Part shown: in pieces, positions 11,501 to 20,733 of the stretch
How positions within the stretch are numbered: position 1 is the stretch's first letter
Layout of the letters: each line of letters starts with the position of its first letter
Source: a virus
IMG/VR virus record: IMGVR_UViG_3300025168_000032
Location: 32,001 to 96,000 of that record
DNA: 64,000 bases
Direction: 5' to 3' (one strand)
Translations under genes and position numbers: made by a program
Notes under the pieces: generated by a model
The model's database searches: none
The model's input: the letters and a program-made list of their open reading frames with translations, nothing else
Told to the model about the DNA's origin: nothing

Positions 11501-14500
11501 AAGGGGATAAAGAAGAATCAATCATCAAAGACGATGATGTTAGTGACAACCTGTACGCCCTTGAGAAGAGTATGGGCCAAGTAGTTTCAGAAGAAATGTT
11601 AAAGATGTTCTCCTCTGTTAAGGAAATGAATAATCTTGTTGGTAAGGCAATAGATAGATATAGGATAGAATACAAAAATTTGAACATCTTGAGAAGATTG
11701 TTTTTCGAAAAAAATGAGGGAGACCCAAATTTCGATCGATTTACTGAGTATTTTAAATGGATTGATGTAACTGTGTCTGAAATGGTAAACCAGTTGTTCC
11801 CAATCAGCACCAGACACTCAAAAGGTATTTCTAATATTATTGAAAGTCACATGTTGGAGCGTAACAAGTATCAAAATAAGTTCCCCCTTCTGGATATATA
11901 CTCAGCGACAGAGACCAGTATTAAAAGTTATTCTGAGTTAAATTATAATTGGAAATTCGGTCATGCTCCGTTGCCTGATTCTGAAAATGATAATTGCCTT
12001 TGGAACAAAGATCGGGAAGTAAGAACGGATATAGCAGATCGCGAATCAATAAGAAAAGTTATCCTTAACCACAATAATGCTACAGCGTTGAGTGCCTCAA
12101 CTGAGACAGGTGTTGTTTACGAGGCCTCGACTTACGCTATAAGGAAATTGGCCAAACCATACTCTATCGAGACAACGCTTGGTAGCAGAATACACGCTGG
12201 TATAAACCATCCCGAGAACAAAGACAGAGACTTTATCCACAATGCAGTAAGTCGCCATGGTGATAAAACAAACATTGGCATACCAAAAAATGTCGTTTTA
12301 GTTGGTGGTGGCACTGGCTCTGGTGTTATAACAAAACGAAGATGTGACGACATACACAGGCCGAACATTAAAGAAAATTTAAATGTTGATGCGTTCATAG
12401 GTAAATACGCTGGTGGTGGATCTACACCAACTCCCACAAACGCTAATGAAACTTACAATTACAGAACTGATGTTTCGAAGTTGCCATTGACAATTGTTTC
12501 TCAATCAGTACGTAGTGGTTATGGGGCTTCGGTTTTGAATGAATATCATGATGTCAGGATAACCAATCTCCACTCTGACACTACTGATTTTACAAACGAA
12601 ATCCCAATGCAGGGCCCTTTTACAAATACTTGGGTTGGCGGTCACCAATCTAGACACATCGAGGTTAATAGATACGATAACACCCTGAATGATGACGATT
12701 CAGGCGGTGCTCCCCCTAATAATATCCACAATCAGTACACCAGACCAGAGGCATGGCGTCTATTGTTCGGAGAAAGAGACTCGGGTGGATTCACTAAGTA
12801 TGATGGAGCCTTTGGATTCACAGGTTTCGATTATGGCGGCCCTTATCCCGACCCGGCAAGAAAAGGAGCAACTTTTTACCGTGGCGAAAGAGCCAAGCGA
12901 CCTGTTAATATCGAAAACATAAAAACCACGACAGGGAGCATCAGCCACGGAAGCTTTTACCAAAATTATGAGTTAGTTTCTGCTGTCGGGAAACAAGAAA
13001 ATAATCTTTATTTTAGGAAAAACCCGGTACAGTCAAATTACTTACCGACTTCTATAACAGCATCGTTGCCGACGACGACTCACCCGTTGACCCTTGTGGC
13101 GTATGCAGCAACAGCCAATGGTAATGTTTTTGGTAAACACTCGAACAATAGACAACCAGACATCCCGGCAGTCACGGGAGCCACAGCTAGCGCAGAGTTC
13201 AACGCTTATGGTACATCCGGATCGAATGAGTACTCCCTGATTAATACTTGGCTTGAGCAAGCGGGTAAAAACCATGGTATCTTGATTGAAGATGTGGGTA
13301 TCTCAATAGGGGTATCAGGCTCAGCAGCATATTCAGGCGATTTTGACACTGTTGCAAAACCAACAGGAAGCTCGGTTGAATACTGGAATGAATTAAATAG
13401 ACTTTTGACTGCTGTTCCTGCTATAACTTCAACTTATTCAATAGTAAACGCGGTCGATAATTATAGTCAAGGCTTTACCTGTCATTCAATTAACGGTCAG
13501 AACGTAGCCCTGAGCAGTAGCACGCTTGTAGGAGCCAGTGGTTCGGCAGCTTTTACTTTTTCATCATGGATAAATGTGTCCACCGCTTCGACTGGTCATG
13601 TCAAAAATCTGTTTTATACGGCAGCTTCTAAAGGCGGTCAAAGATCAGCAGAAATAAAAATTGATACAAATGGCCACTTATCTCTTACAAGGTATGGGGT
13701 TACTGGTGGTGGCGGATCTTCTAATTCGACAATTCAGATAAACGATTTTCAGGCTAGTTATAGCGGAAGCTGGATACACCTTGCATGTATATGTGGTGCA
13801 GACTACACTACAAGAGGCCAAACAGCATTTTATGTCAATGGGGTGTCTCAATCAGTAAATTCCGAGAGTCCCGGTGGCGGAACCGCACATGTAATTTCTG
13901 GGGCGGTATTTGTAATGAGCAACGGACATCAAGCAGATAGTCACTACTTCCCTTTTCAAGGAAAATATGATGAAGTATCGTATTGGAAAGCCCCATTGAC
14001 TGCCGTTCAGGTAATACAATTATACAATTGTGGTACAAAGTTTAATTTAACAGGCGCCTCCGCTGGAACTTATCTTCCAACTGGTGATTTGACTTCTTGG
14101 TGGACCTTTGATGATACTACAATTACAGGTAGTATGCACACCGGGTTTACAATCACAGACCATGCTGCCACATTTGGGGCTAATACGTTAACCGTTAAAG
14201 ACAAATATCAAGAAGCAGGGTCGGGCATCTTATTAACACCAGTAAGCGGAGTTATAAATGCAAAACCAATGGCGCTGTTTTCATTAAAAACGTCAACAAA
14301 CACCGCTGCTTACAACGGGGAAACAACACACGGAATAACAGCCGGGTTCGTTACTAGTTCTGCGATTACTATTGGTGTCGACCACTTTGCTTATCTGAAT
14401 TGTACAAGCTCCTTATCTGGAACTATTTCATTTACTGGTGGTATTAATGACTCTGTTGCTTCAAGGAACTTGCATTCGATCAATGACTCTCTTCTTGGCG

Positions 14501-15810
14501 AATCTAAAAACAGAACAATTATAACATCTCGCTTTTCAGCACCGGGTGGTATTGAAGTGCAAAGCAAGGGGTATTTAGATGCATACTCTCACGAATATTC
14601 TGTTCACAATGCACTGCCATATAGAAATCTGACAGTTAGAGGCTCTGGTTCAGGCGAGTCTGGTACGATTAGGGCTATAGATATACATGGCAACAGATCA
14701 GGCTTAAGAACACATCTACAAAGACATAGTGGTAAATTTGGAAGCGATTCAGGAGTGGGCTCCGTCACCTCGACAGAGTATGTCACTGTTCCCTCGTTTC
14801 ATAAAATACCAAGAAATGTTAGCAGAAAACCAACCAGTACTTCTCAATTATTATCTCCTGTTTTTAATGAGGACCATAACAACGCCTTTTTTCAGAGTCC
14901 AATTCCGCAAAGTGATTACCAATATAGTTGGGTTACCTCATCTTTAAACTATAACTATGGAATCAGAAGTGGAAAACAACGGGTTTATGGTTACCTCCCA
15001 AGGGATGGTGAATTAGTAAACACAGACTTGGATCAAAGTGCTAATTTTTCAAGTAACACTAGTTTTATCGAGATAGGCACGGATACTCTGTGGAACGGTA
15101 TTGTTGGCCAAGGAAGTTCCAATAGAACAATGGCTTGCGCTTTCTGGTTTAAAAGAACAACAGATACTGTCTCATACGACTATCAAAGAATTCTTTCCTT
15201 CTCATATAGAGATTTGCAATTATCTTTGTTCGAAAACAAATTTAGATTCGAGGCAGACTGGTCTACAACAGATGGGGTTTGGATTTCCAAGGAGACGTTT
15301 GAACTCAACAGGTGGTACCACATAGTTCTTATGTATGATGGTGGTGCAACTTCGAATGATCCGGTACTATATATTGATGGAGCCCTAGCGAATGGTTTCG
15401 ATGAAACGGCAACCCCAGTCGGAAGCCTTGTGCCCTTATCTGGACAAAATTGTTACATAGGAAATAGTTATTTTAAGAACGAAGCATTTAGGGGAAATTT
15501 GGATAACTTTGCAATCTTTAGCGATGGGTTATCGCAAGCGAATGTAACCACCCTATATAACGATGGTGATAGATTCAGGGAATACGCGTATAGGACAAAC
15601 ATGGAATTGTATTACAGAATGGGCGCAGGAAGCTACAAGGGGCTTACGCTGGAAAGTTTTAGTGAAGACACAACAAGTAACTTTTATGACATTTCAGGTA
15701 ACGGTAGAAATTCTACTGATGCTGCTAATTTATCATTTACAACTTTATTTTCGTACACTGTTTACGATGCGATAACCTTTCCCACAGCCTCAGAGATTTT
15801 TGGAGTATAA
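8542..15810 (+). CDS. very large baseplate/fibre protein with several LamG (ConA-like) domains
   Basis: 2422 aa; repeated WTVEFWLK/FTFSSWI/MACAFWFK, WxH(Y/L/I) and LDDFRFW/YDEVSYW/LDNFAIF...LYN signatures. Confidence 0.7.
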   Translation: MSIRDLFEKPVSIENVSTSSMKVESNEYIIESTKRDKTFQPYVDFSSASNFAKFGSAYEYYTKALERIYGDYPYDGSEKEKTKFEISSSYLDKYIFDKLYPKSTGYINFSYGGWGSGSPDAQGYGSTVASSDYEYIFIRGGIHTASSGMENSPLYKTFDNSVVYDSAASRTSTFTLDPEKGWTVEFWLKKDDFDATKSSREVILDLWNNNSTGGSTYGRFTLSLNGGSALNGLNSFQMTFRSGSLASGKGIFEQTVCSSTFHTSSLATWGHYALSVVSESSGLITRFYTNGDLNQKTTHNVGGAMGSVGGRINGYIGSLIGTTSHLSPSNQYAGKLSASLDDFRFWKARRTSEEVYDNWYVPANGGTNTDDANIDLGLYYKFNEGITGYSSKDSVVLDYSGRIINGSWTGYAAGSRNTGSAFVSSSLVTTEKEDPIVYSTHPTVVNLLSELQTSGSDWDVINPSLLYNTIPQWIRDEDEETNSNVKYLYQIIASHFDTLHSQITALPSLQNRVFPSSSYKALPFAKDMLESKGLVTPNLFVNSNLIEMFGDRDDNQVLFEEKLSEIKNLIYTNIYNNLDFIYKSKGTERSIRNMLRCFGIDDEIVKLNVYTDGGTHYFNDKHKQTSQTTKYINFNSGSLMSATMFLTASDSNSLSYISGSEASKSEQFSAFTAEIDVVVPYKLKMHEKGHFDTSFLSSSIFGMHRPADGGAGTDYTWRPLTEDIGNFQIYLLRDGIESENAQFVLTNRDGSLYLTSSVYNQIYNNQRWNIAVRVKPDKYPLIGNIVSSSNPTYNVELYGVTHDYDDVRSEFTVTSSVSYDSGSAFLSDSKRFYFGSHVENFTGSVLQQTDMKIGAFRFYMDYLEDSIIKQHNLDPSNYGLRKSYQSPTLFSLNLDKQVPSADLIAANHDFSTVTGSNASGQFIVEDLSSGSSDVIYGWIDNINRREHRVLGHGFPASVSTMVDNEPIFSFKKELPEIAFTANNVFIKGDKEESIIKDDDVSDNLYALEKSMGQVVSEEMLKMFSSVKEMNNLVGKAIDRYRIEYKNLNILRRLFFEKNEGDPNFDRFTEYFKWIDVTVSEMVNQLFPISTRHSKGISNIIESHMLERNKYQNKFPLLDIYSATETSIKSYSELNYNWKFGHAPLPDSENDNCLWNKDREVRTDIADRESIRKVILNHNNATALSASTETGVVYEASTYAIRKLAKPYSIETTLGSRIHAGINHPENKDRDFIHNAVSRHGDKTNIGIPKNVVLVGGGTGSGVITKRRCDDIHRPNIKENLNVDAFIGKYAGGGSTPTPTNANETYNYRTDVSKLPLTIVSQSVRSGYGASVLNEYHDVRITNLHSDTTDFTNEIPMQGPFTNTWVGGHQSRHIEVNRYDNTLNDDDSGGAPPNNIHNQYTRPEAWRLLFGERDSGGFTKYDGAFGFTGFDYGGPYPDPARKGATFYRGERAKRPVNIENIKTTTGSISHGSFYQNYELVSAVGKQENNLYFRKNPVQSNYLPTSITASLPTTTHPLTLVAYAATANGNVFGKHSNNRQPDIPAVTGATASAEFNAYGTSGSNEYSLINTWLEQAGKNHGILIEDVGISIGVSGSAAYSGDFDTVAKPTGSSVEYWNELNRLLTAVPAITSTYSIVNAVDNYSQGFTCHSINGQNVALSSSTLVGASGSAAFTFSSWINVSTASTGHVKNLFYTAASKGGQRSAEIKIDTNGHLSLTRYGVTGGGGSSNSTIQINDFQASYSGSWIHLACICGADYTTRGQTAFYVNGVSQSVNSESPGGGTAHVISGAVFVMSNGHQADSHYFPFQGKYDEVSYWKAPLTAVQVIQLYNCGTKFNLTGASAGTYLPTGDLTSWWTFDDTTITGSMHTGFTITDHAATFGANTLTVKDKYQEAGSGILLTPVSGVINAKPMALFSLKTSTNTAAYNGETTHGITAGFVTSSAITIGVDHFAYLNCTSSLSGTISFTGGINDSVASRNLHSINDSLLGESKNRTIITSRFSAPGGIEVQSKGYLDAYSHEYSVHNALPYRNLTVRGSGSGESGTIRAIDIHGNRSGLRTHLQRHSGKFGSDSGVGSVTSTEYVTVPSFHKIPRNVSRKPTSTSQLLSPVFNEDHNNAFFQSPIPQSDYQYSWVTSSLNYNYGIRSGKQRVYGYLPRDGELVNTDLDQSANFSSNTSFIEIGTDTLWNGIVGQGSSNRTMACAFWFKRTTDTVSYDYQRILSFSYRDLQLSLFENKFRFEADWSTTDGVWISKETFELNRWYHIVLMYDGGATSNDPVLYIDGALANGFDETATPVGSLVPLSGQNCYIGNSYFKNEAFRGNLDNFAIFSDGLSQANVTTLYNDGDRFREYAYRTNMELYYRMGAGSYKGLTLESFSEDTTSNFYDISGNGRNSTDAANLSFTTLFSYTVYDAITFPTASEIFGV

Positions 15811-15811
15811 A

Positions 15812-18800
15812 ATGGCGAATTATTATTTAGATTATGTAGGATTGAACACATTCATTTATGAACCGGTTGGTTATGACGAAGACGCTCAACTGGCACGGGA
15901 GTTTGTATCTTTCGGGTCATTTGTTCAGTTTAAACAAAACCATATTGGGTCGACGTTGGGCGGAACCACTCCAAACGATCTTAAATATGTTAAAAATTTT
16001 GATTTCCCAGCACACTTGGTCGACCCACAGACCGGAGCCCATGCAGCTAATGACGCTGGTCTCCTTCGGGCAACTGCATCGTTTTTTCCTGCTCTTATAC
16101 TCCATCGCAATGGTCCTTATGGTTTTCCAACGTGGAAACAAATCAGGGTTGGCGATAATCCCCTCACTCGTAGACAAAAGAAGAGCAACATTTTCACCTT
16201 TGTTCGAGAGCCCGGAGAAGAGTTTTCTTTCAAAATGGCAGGCAAACAACACACCTTAAGAAGCAAATATGGAGCAATTGAGGCGTACCACGAAAGTCCG
16301 GTTACATCAAAATATAAACCATTTGTGGTTTCTGTTGGGAGCATTCAGGGAGACTCGCTGAGTCGTTTTAGAATAAAAGCCTCATACGGAAATGCAATAG
16401 CTGGCTTTACAAATCCAGAAATAAATAATTATTATGACTTTAATGACAAGGAAAGCGATGAGTTTAATCAAATTAAAAAAGAATACCTCAATGGTGGATT
16501 AGATAGCGATGGCAGCTTAGTTGATTCATTTGAATCATTTACCTATAGGGAGGTAGTGTTTCCACAAAAGCAATACACATATAGGCATTTCAAGAGACAA
16601 AGAACCACTTTCTCTTTCCCGTGGAGATATGAGAGAACAAACAGAAATTCTAATGGGCAAATATCCAATGGGTTTGGTACCGCCCCTGTATCCCAAAGCG
16701 TATGGCCCTTGGACGTAACGGAAAATTGGGCGACAACGATAGTAGGTGCATCTAGGCTTGCCCTCGGCAGCGCCCCGAACGAAGTTTATTTTGGTCTAAC
16801 AGAGGGCTCCAATACTAATCCCGGTATCTTGTGGAATAGATATAGTAGTTTTAATAAAAACAATACCTCTTATTTGACCTTTGGCCTTATAAATACTCAT
16901 TTCGCCCCTGCTCCAATATATGCCCGAAGACATACATTAATACAATCAGAGTCAGTAGTTTCTCCATGTGGTATGCCTATAGAGGGAATTAGATATGGAA
17001 CAACGCTTGGTGATATAGCGATGGAACATATACCACAGGGCGAAGCAGCATGGGACACCCCATCACAATCTGGTCGTGCTCCATTTTATGACACATATAA
17101 TTTGTACCACGTAGATCTCAAAAGCAAATACAAAGATTATTCTATAATTCCAGAATTTAGAATGTCCAATCACGTAAAAGCTTACCAGTCAACTGGTTCT
17201 ATTGAACAAAACTTGAGTATTTTTGAGCTAACAGGAGGCCTTGCTTCTACCACAGGCTCAGCAGAGGCTAATTTCTATAAAATCTTTACAAATACTGACT
17301 TTATGGAACATTTTGAATTTGTCAAAGAAGAACATAAGGATTTTGTTAAACCAAGCAGGCTTATGTTAAAGTGCAAAGCGGTTAAAAAGTTCTTACCTTA
17401 TGACGGTTTTTATCCCGTTCAGCGATCTGTCGAGGTAGCAAAGCAGTTTTTCCAATCATATTCGGGATCTTTCACGGTTACCGCTAGTAGCACCTCTTGG
17501 GGTACGGGCAACAAACCAGAATTTGCAATGCAAAATGTTCTTGCTCCGATGTTTGCTCCCGGAGTATTATACAATTCAATAAAATCCGGGGTAGCAGTTG
17601 ATTACCCCATCGTAACGGGGTCCTATATGGCATCGGGAACCGAGGGGTCAAATGAAAATCTAAATGCGATTTTGTCGCACCCAACTCTAGATGCTGACCA
17701 ATACATGATAAGACTCAAATACGATGCGTCGACTGACGGGATAGTCAACTGGGATAAGAGAGTTCCCTTTAAAGCGCTGATCGAGCCTGCAAGACACTTG
17801 TCAAGTTATTCAATCCCCACCCAAGAACCACATGCCAGCGGAAACGTATCAGCTTCTGTTTTCTTTTCTCCTAAGTCCGGGCCACTATACAAGCTAATGA
17901 TACATAATTATTTGGCAGAAATCCCAGAGTTCTTTTTGAAAGGGAAAGAATTTTCTAGAATTGCATCTAAAAAATCAAGCGATCCAACAGTGGGGAACGC
18001 TAGAAAGGATCACACATATATGATGAGAGTGAAGATGTTTAAATCGACATTGTCTGGTACTTTTGCTCAGGGTCCACTCGCTGTTGCAACTGATATCGGG
18101 GTAGAAACTCCGCAGATTACGGATGTCAACAACTTCGAAACTTTTACAATGTATTCTAGGCCTAGCGCCTTTGGTCCTCCAAGTATTTGGAGACACGCAA
18201 ACGGAGTGAATGTCAAAACAGTTCAGGATTCGAGAGAAGGTTATAATTATCCTTTTACTCCTCCTTATTATCATGGTGAGGGATGGGCTGATATCAGATT
18301 CCAGCCAAGCGAAACTAAAAAATATACTATAAATGAGATAGTAAACCAATCCACTGTTGAGTATTTTCGGTGGATTGACGAAAACTCTTTGGCTGGCTTA
18401 TCGCCCAGCTATGGAAACAAAGAAACCATTGGGGACAAAGCAAATGATACATTTCTTCAACTTTCTGCCTCGCTAAACCTCTTCACGAAAGCCTCCGTCA
18501 GTACTACTGGGCAAGGCGCAAATGAGCAAACAATCGTGGTCTCTACAACGGCAAACGATGACCAACACTGGGTTATACAACCACACTTTGAATCACCAAT
18601 GTTAAACTTTAATCATTTGTCTGCTTCGACTTCTATCACTTTGCCGTTAAACGGCTCCGAGTCCGTGCCAAGAGGAATGTGGCACCAATATGGAAGAATC
18701 GAGGAAGATCCATCCAAAGGAATATTTATGCAAGTCACGGATGTTCCAGACAGACATATTGAAATTATAAATGGAGGAGTTCCAGAGTCTTCTGCTAAAG

Positions 18801-19765
18801 ACCCCACCACTTCCACAACAGGCTCGCTAATGGACCTATGCGGATTCAATAGTGCCCCAGTTAAAATGGGACAGTTGGCTGACACCAAAGAAGTAAGAGA
18901 AGCAGTGGTTGCTGTTCCTTTTATCGAAGAAGAAGGCAGAAGAAAATTTTTCAAATTAGATGAAAAGGAAGTCCGAGTCGCGATACAGCGCTCGAAAGGG
19001 AAAAGTGCTTTAGCCTTAATCAACCAAGGCTTTCCTGAAGAAATACCAGAAAGTGTCCAAAACATGGTTGATAAGATGAAGCATTATGTTTTTCCACCCC
19101 CAATGGACTTCTATAACGATTTAAGGTCAGTTGACCCGATTGCGATGTATATTTTTGAATTTAAACATAAATTTGGAAAACAAGACTTGGCAGATATGTG
19201 GCAAGGGGTTCAACCAAACATTGGAATTTCCCATGAAGAGGCAACGGCATATAGCAGTCATAGTCTGCTAGAGGAAGAGCTTCTCGGGCAAAACAGCGAC
19301 ATACCTGATCGTCTTCGGTGGATGATCTTTAAGGTAAAACAGAGAGCAAAGGTAAATTTTTACGACAAGAGTATTATTAAACAAGTGGGGAATGCTTCAC
19401 AAGGAGCGATAGCTAATGTTGACCAAGATATAGCGGATTCGTTCGAGAGTTTATTAAAGGCCGGCAACGACTCGGGTCCACCAATTTCATTCAATTGGCC
19501 TTATGATTTCTTTTCGTTGGTTGAACTAATTAAGTTGGAAGCTAATGTCAAGTTTAGTGAGGAGTCCAAACTTCCTCAAACTGGTGGTATAATGAAAAGC
19601 GCAACACAAGCTATAATGAGAAATATCCCGAAGAAAGCCGATCAAGATACATCGACTGAAGCTCTTATGGAGACCAATAGAACATATTATAGTGCCGCTG
19701 GGTCTACCAAGATCACATACAGCGATGGTTCTACAAAATGGGTAGCAGGAGATAAAACATCATGA
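15812..19765 (+). CDS. large hypothetical virion structural protein
   Basis: ATG at 15812 follows GGAG at 15802 and the upstream stop at 15810 (preferred over TTG 15800); about 1317 aa. Confidence 0.6.
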   Translation: MANYYLDYVGLNTFIYEPVGYDEDAQLAREFVSFGSFVQFKQNHIGSTLGGTTPNDLKYVKNFDFPAHLVDPQTGAHAANDAGLLRATASFFPALILHRNGPYGFPTWKQIRVGDNPLTRRQKKSNIFTFVREPGEEFSFKMAGKQHTLRSKYGAIEAYHESPVTSKYKPFVVSVGSIQGDSLSRFRIKASYGNAIAGFTNPEINNYYDFNDKESDEFNQIKKEYLNGGLDSDGSLVDSFESFTYREVVFPQKQYTYRHFKRQRTTFSFPWRYERTNRNSNGQISNGFGTAPVSQSVWPLDVTENWATTIVGASRLALGSAPNEVYFGLTEGSNTNPGILWNRYSSFNKNNTSYLTFGLINTHFAPAPIYARRHTLIQSESVVSPCGMPIEGIRYGTTLGDIAMEHIPQGEAAWDTPSQSGRAPFYDTYNLYHVDLKSKYKDYSIIPEFRMSNHVKAYQSTGSIEQNLSIFELTGGLASTTGSAEANFYKIFTNTDFMEHFEFVKEEHKDFVKPSRLMLKCKAVKKFLPYDGFYPVQRSVEVAKQFFQSYSGSFTVTASSTSWGTGNKPEFAMQNVLAPMFAPGVLYNSIKSGVAVDYPIVTGSYMASGTEGSNENLNAILSHPTLDADQYMIRLKYDASTDGIVNWDKRVPFKALIEPARHLSSYSIPTQEPHASGNVSASVFFSPKSGPLYKLMIHNYLAEIPEFFLKGKEFSRIASKKSSDPTVGNARKDHTYMMRVKMFKSTLSGTFAQGPLAVATDIGVETPQITDVNNFETFTMYSRPSAFGPPSIWRHANGVNVKTVQDSREGYNYPFTPPYYHGEGWADIRFQPSETKKYTINEIVNQSTVEYFRWIDENSLAGLSPSYGNKETIGDKANDTFLQLSASLNLFTKASVSTTGQGANEQTIVVSTTANDDQHWVIQPHFESPMLNFNHLSASTSITLPLNGSESVPRGMWHQYGRIEEDPSKGIFMQVTDVPDRHIEIINGGVPESSAKDPTTSTTGSLMDLCGFNSAPVKMGQLADTKEVREAVVAVPFIEEEGRRKFFKLDEKEVRVAIQRSKGKSALALINQGFPEEIPESVQNMVDKMKHYVFPPPMDFYNDLRSVDPIAMYIFEFKHKFGKQDLADMWQGVQPNIGISHEEATAYSSHSLLEEELLGQNSDIPDRLRWMIFKVKQRAKVNFYDKSIIKQVGNASQGAIANVDQDIADSFESLLKAGNDSGPPISFNWPYDFFSLVELIKLEANVKFSEESKLPQTGGIMKSATQAIMRNIPKKADQDTSTEALMETNRTYYSAAGSTKITYSDGSTKWVAGDKTS

Positions 19766-20733
19766 CTTTTTTTAATAAAAAGGAAGATGTTATTAAGATA
19801 GAGTTGACTCCTCACGGTAGAAAGTTACTGTCGCAAGGAAAACTAAAACCAGAGTTTTATGCTTTTTTTGATGATGATGTGATTTATGATTCAGAACGTG
19901 GAGGCTTTACGGAAACCAACTTACAATCAAAAACTAGAATTTTGTCAGAAACTCCGTCGCTAAGACCACAAACAACTCACCGTGGGGTAGATACTGGGCT
20001 TAAGAGTTCTTTGTCGATAGACAAGAACGATTCGATGACTTATGCGATTGGAACTAACAATTTTTCTGACCAAGATGCGGTTGGTTGGGAAGCCTACATA
20101 CTACAGGGTGAGGCTGATACTTTTTCTTATAATTACACAACCAACACAAACGAAAATATCAAAATTCCTCAAGTTAATAGTTTGTTGAACTTTACGATGT
20201 CAATTGGTGATGTTAGGCAAGGTGGCATGCCAACTTCAAATTACATTGATTATAGCCCGGATATGGGAGCAGACGATGCAAGCTTTATACGAGTAAAAGA
20301 GCAGGAAATGTTAATATATCTTAGTGAAAAGAACGGATTTAATACTAGTGACAATTACACAATGGATGTCTTTTTATACGAAGAGGATAAAGCTGAATAT
20401 AAAAAGCTTAAATTTCTTTCTAGGGATATTGATGAAAACGAAATAAAAAATGACATACTTAGATTAAGAACCCCCGGAAGTGAAGATGGCATTTTCGAAC
20501 AACCAGAAGAGAGTGTCGATGCTGACACGGTCGAGCAATACTTTGACCTCATGATTGATTCCGAGGTGTCAAGAATCAAAATATGTGAGGGTATAAGATC
20601 CTTGAGTGCAAAAGATATATTTGTTGATTTGCAAGATTACGATTGCGATGATTTGCTGGATAAAGAGGAAGCTTTAGATGTTAATATATATTCTACTGGA
20701 AACAATGACATAGAGGTATGCGAAGATGAGTGA
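19762..20733 (+). CDS. conserved hypothetical structural protein; N-terminus paralogous to 25873 ORF
   Basis: IELTPHGRKLLSQG...YAFFDDDVIYD matches DAVLTDHGRMVLAKG...FALGDEEIDY. Confidence 0.55.
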   Translation: MTFFNKKEDVIKIELTPHGRKLLSQGKLKPEFYAFFDDDVIYDSERGGFTETNLQSKTRILSETPSLRPQTTHRGVDTGLKSSLSIDKNDSMTYAIGTNNFSDQDAVGWEAYILQGEADTFSYNYTTNTNENIKIPQVNSLLNFTMSIGDVRQGGMPTSNYIDYSPDMGADDASFIRVKEQEMLIYLSEKNGFNTSDNYTMDVFLYEEDKAEYKKLKFLSRDIDENEIKNDILRLRTPGSEDGIFEQPEESVDADTVEQYFDLMIDSEVSRIKICEGIRSLSAKDIFVDLQDYDCDDLLDKEEALDVNIYSTGNNDIEVCEDE

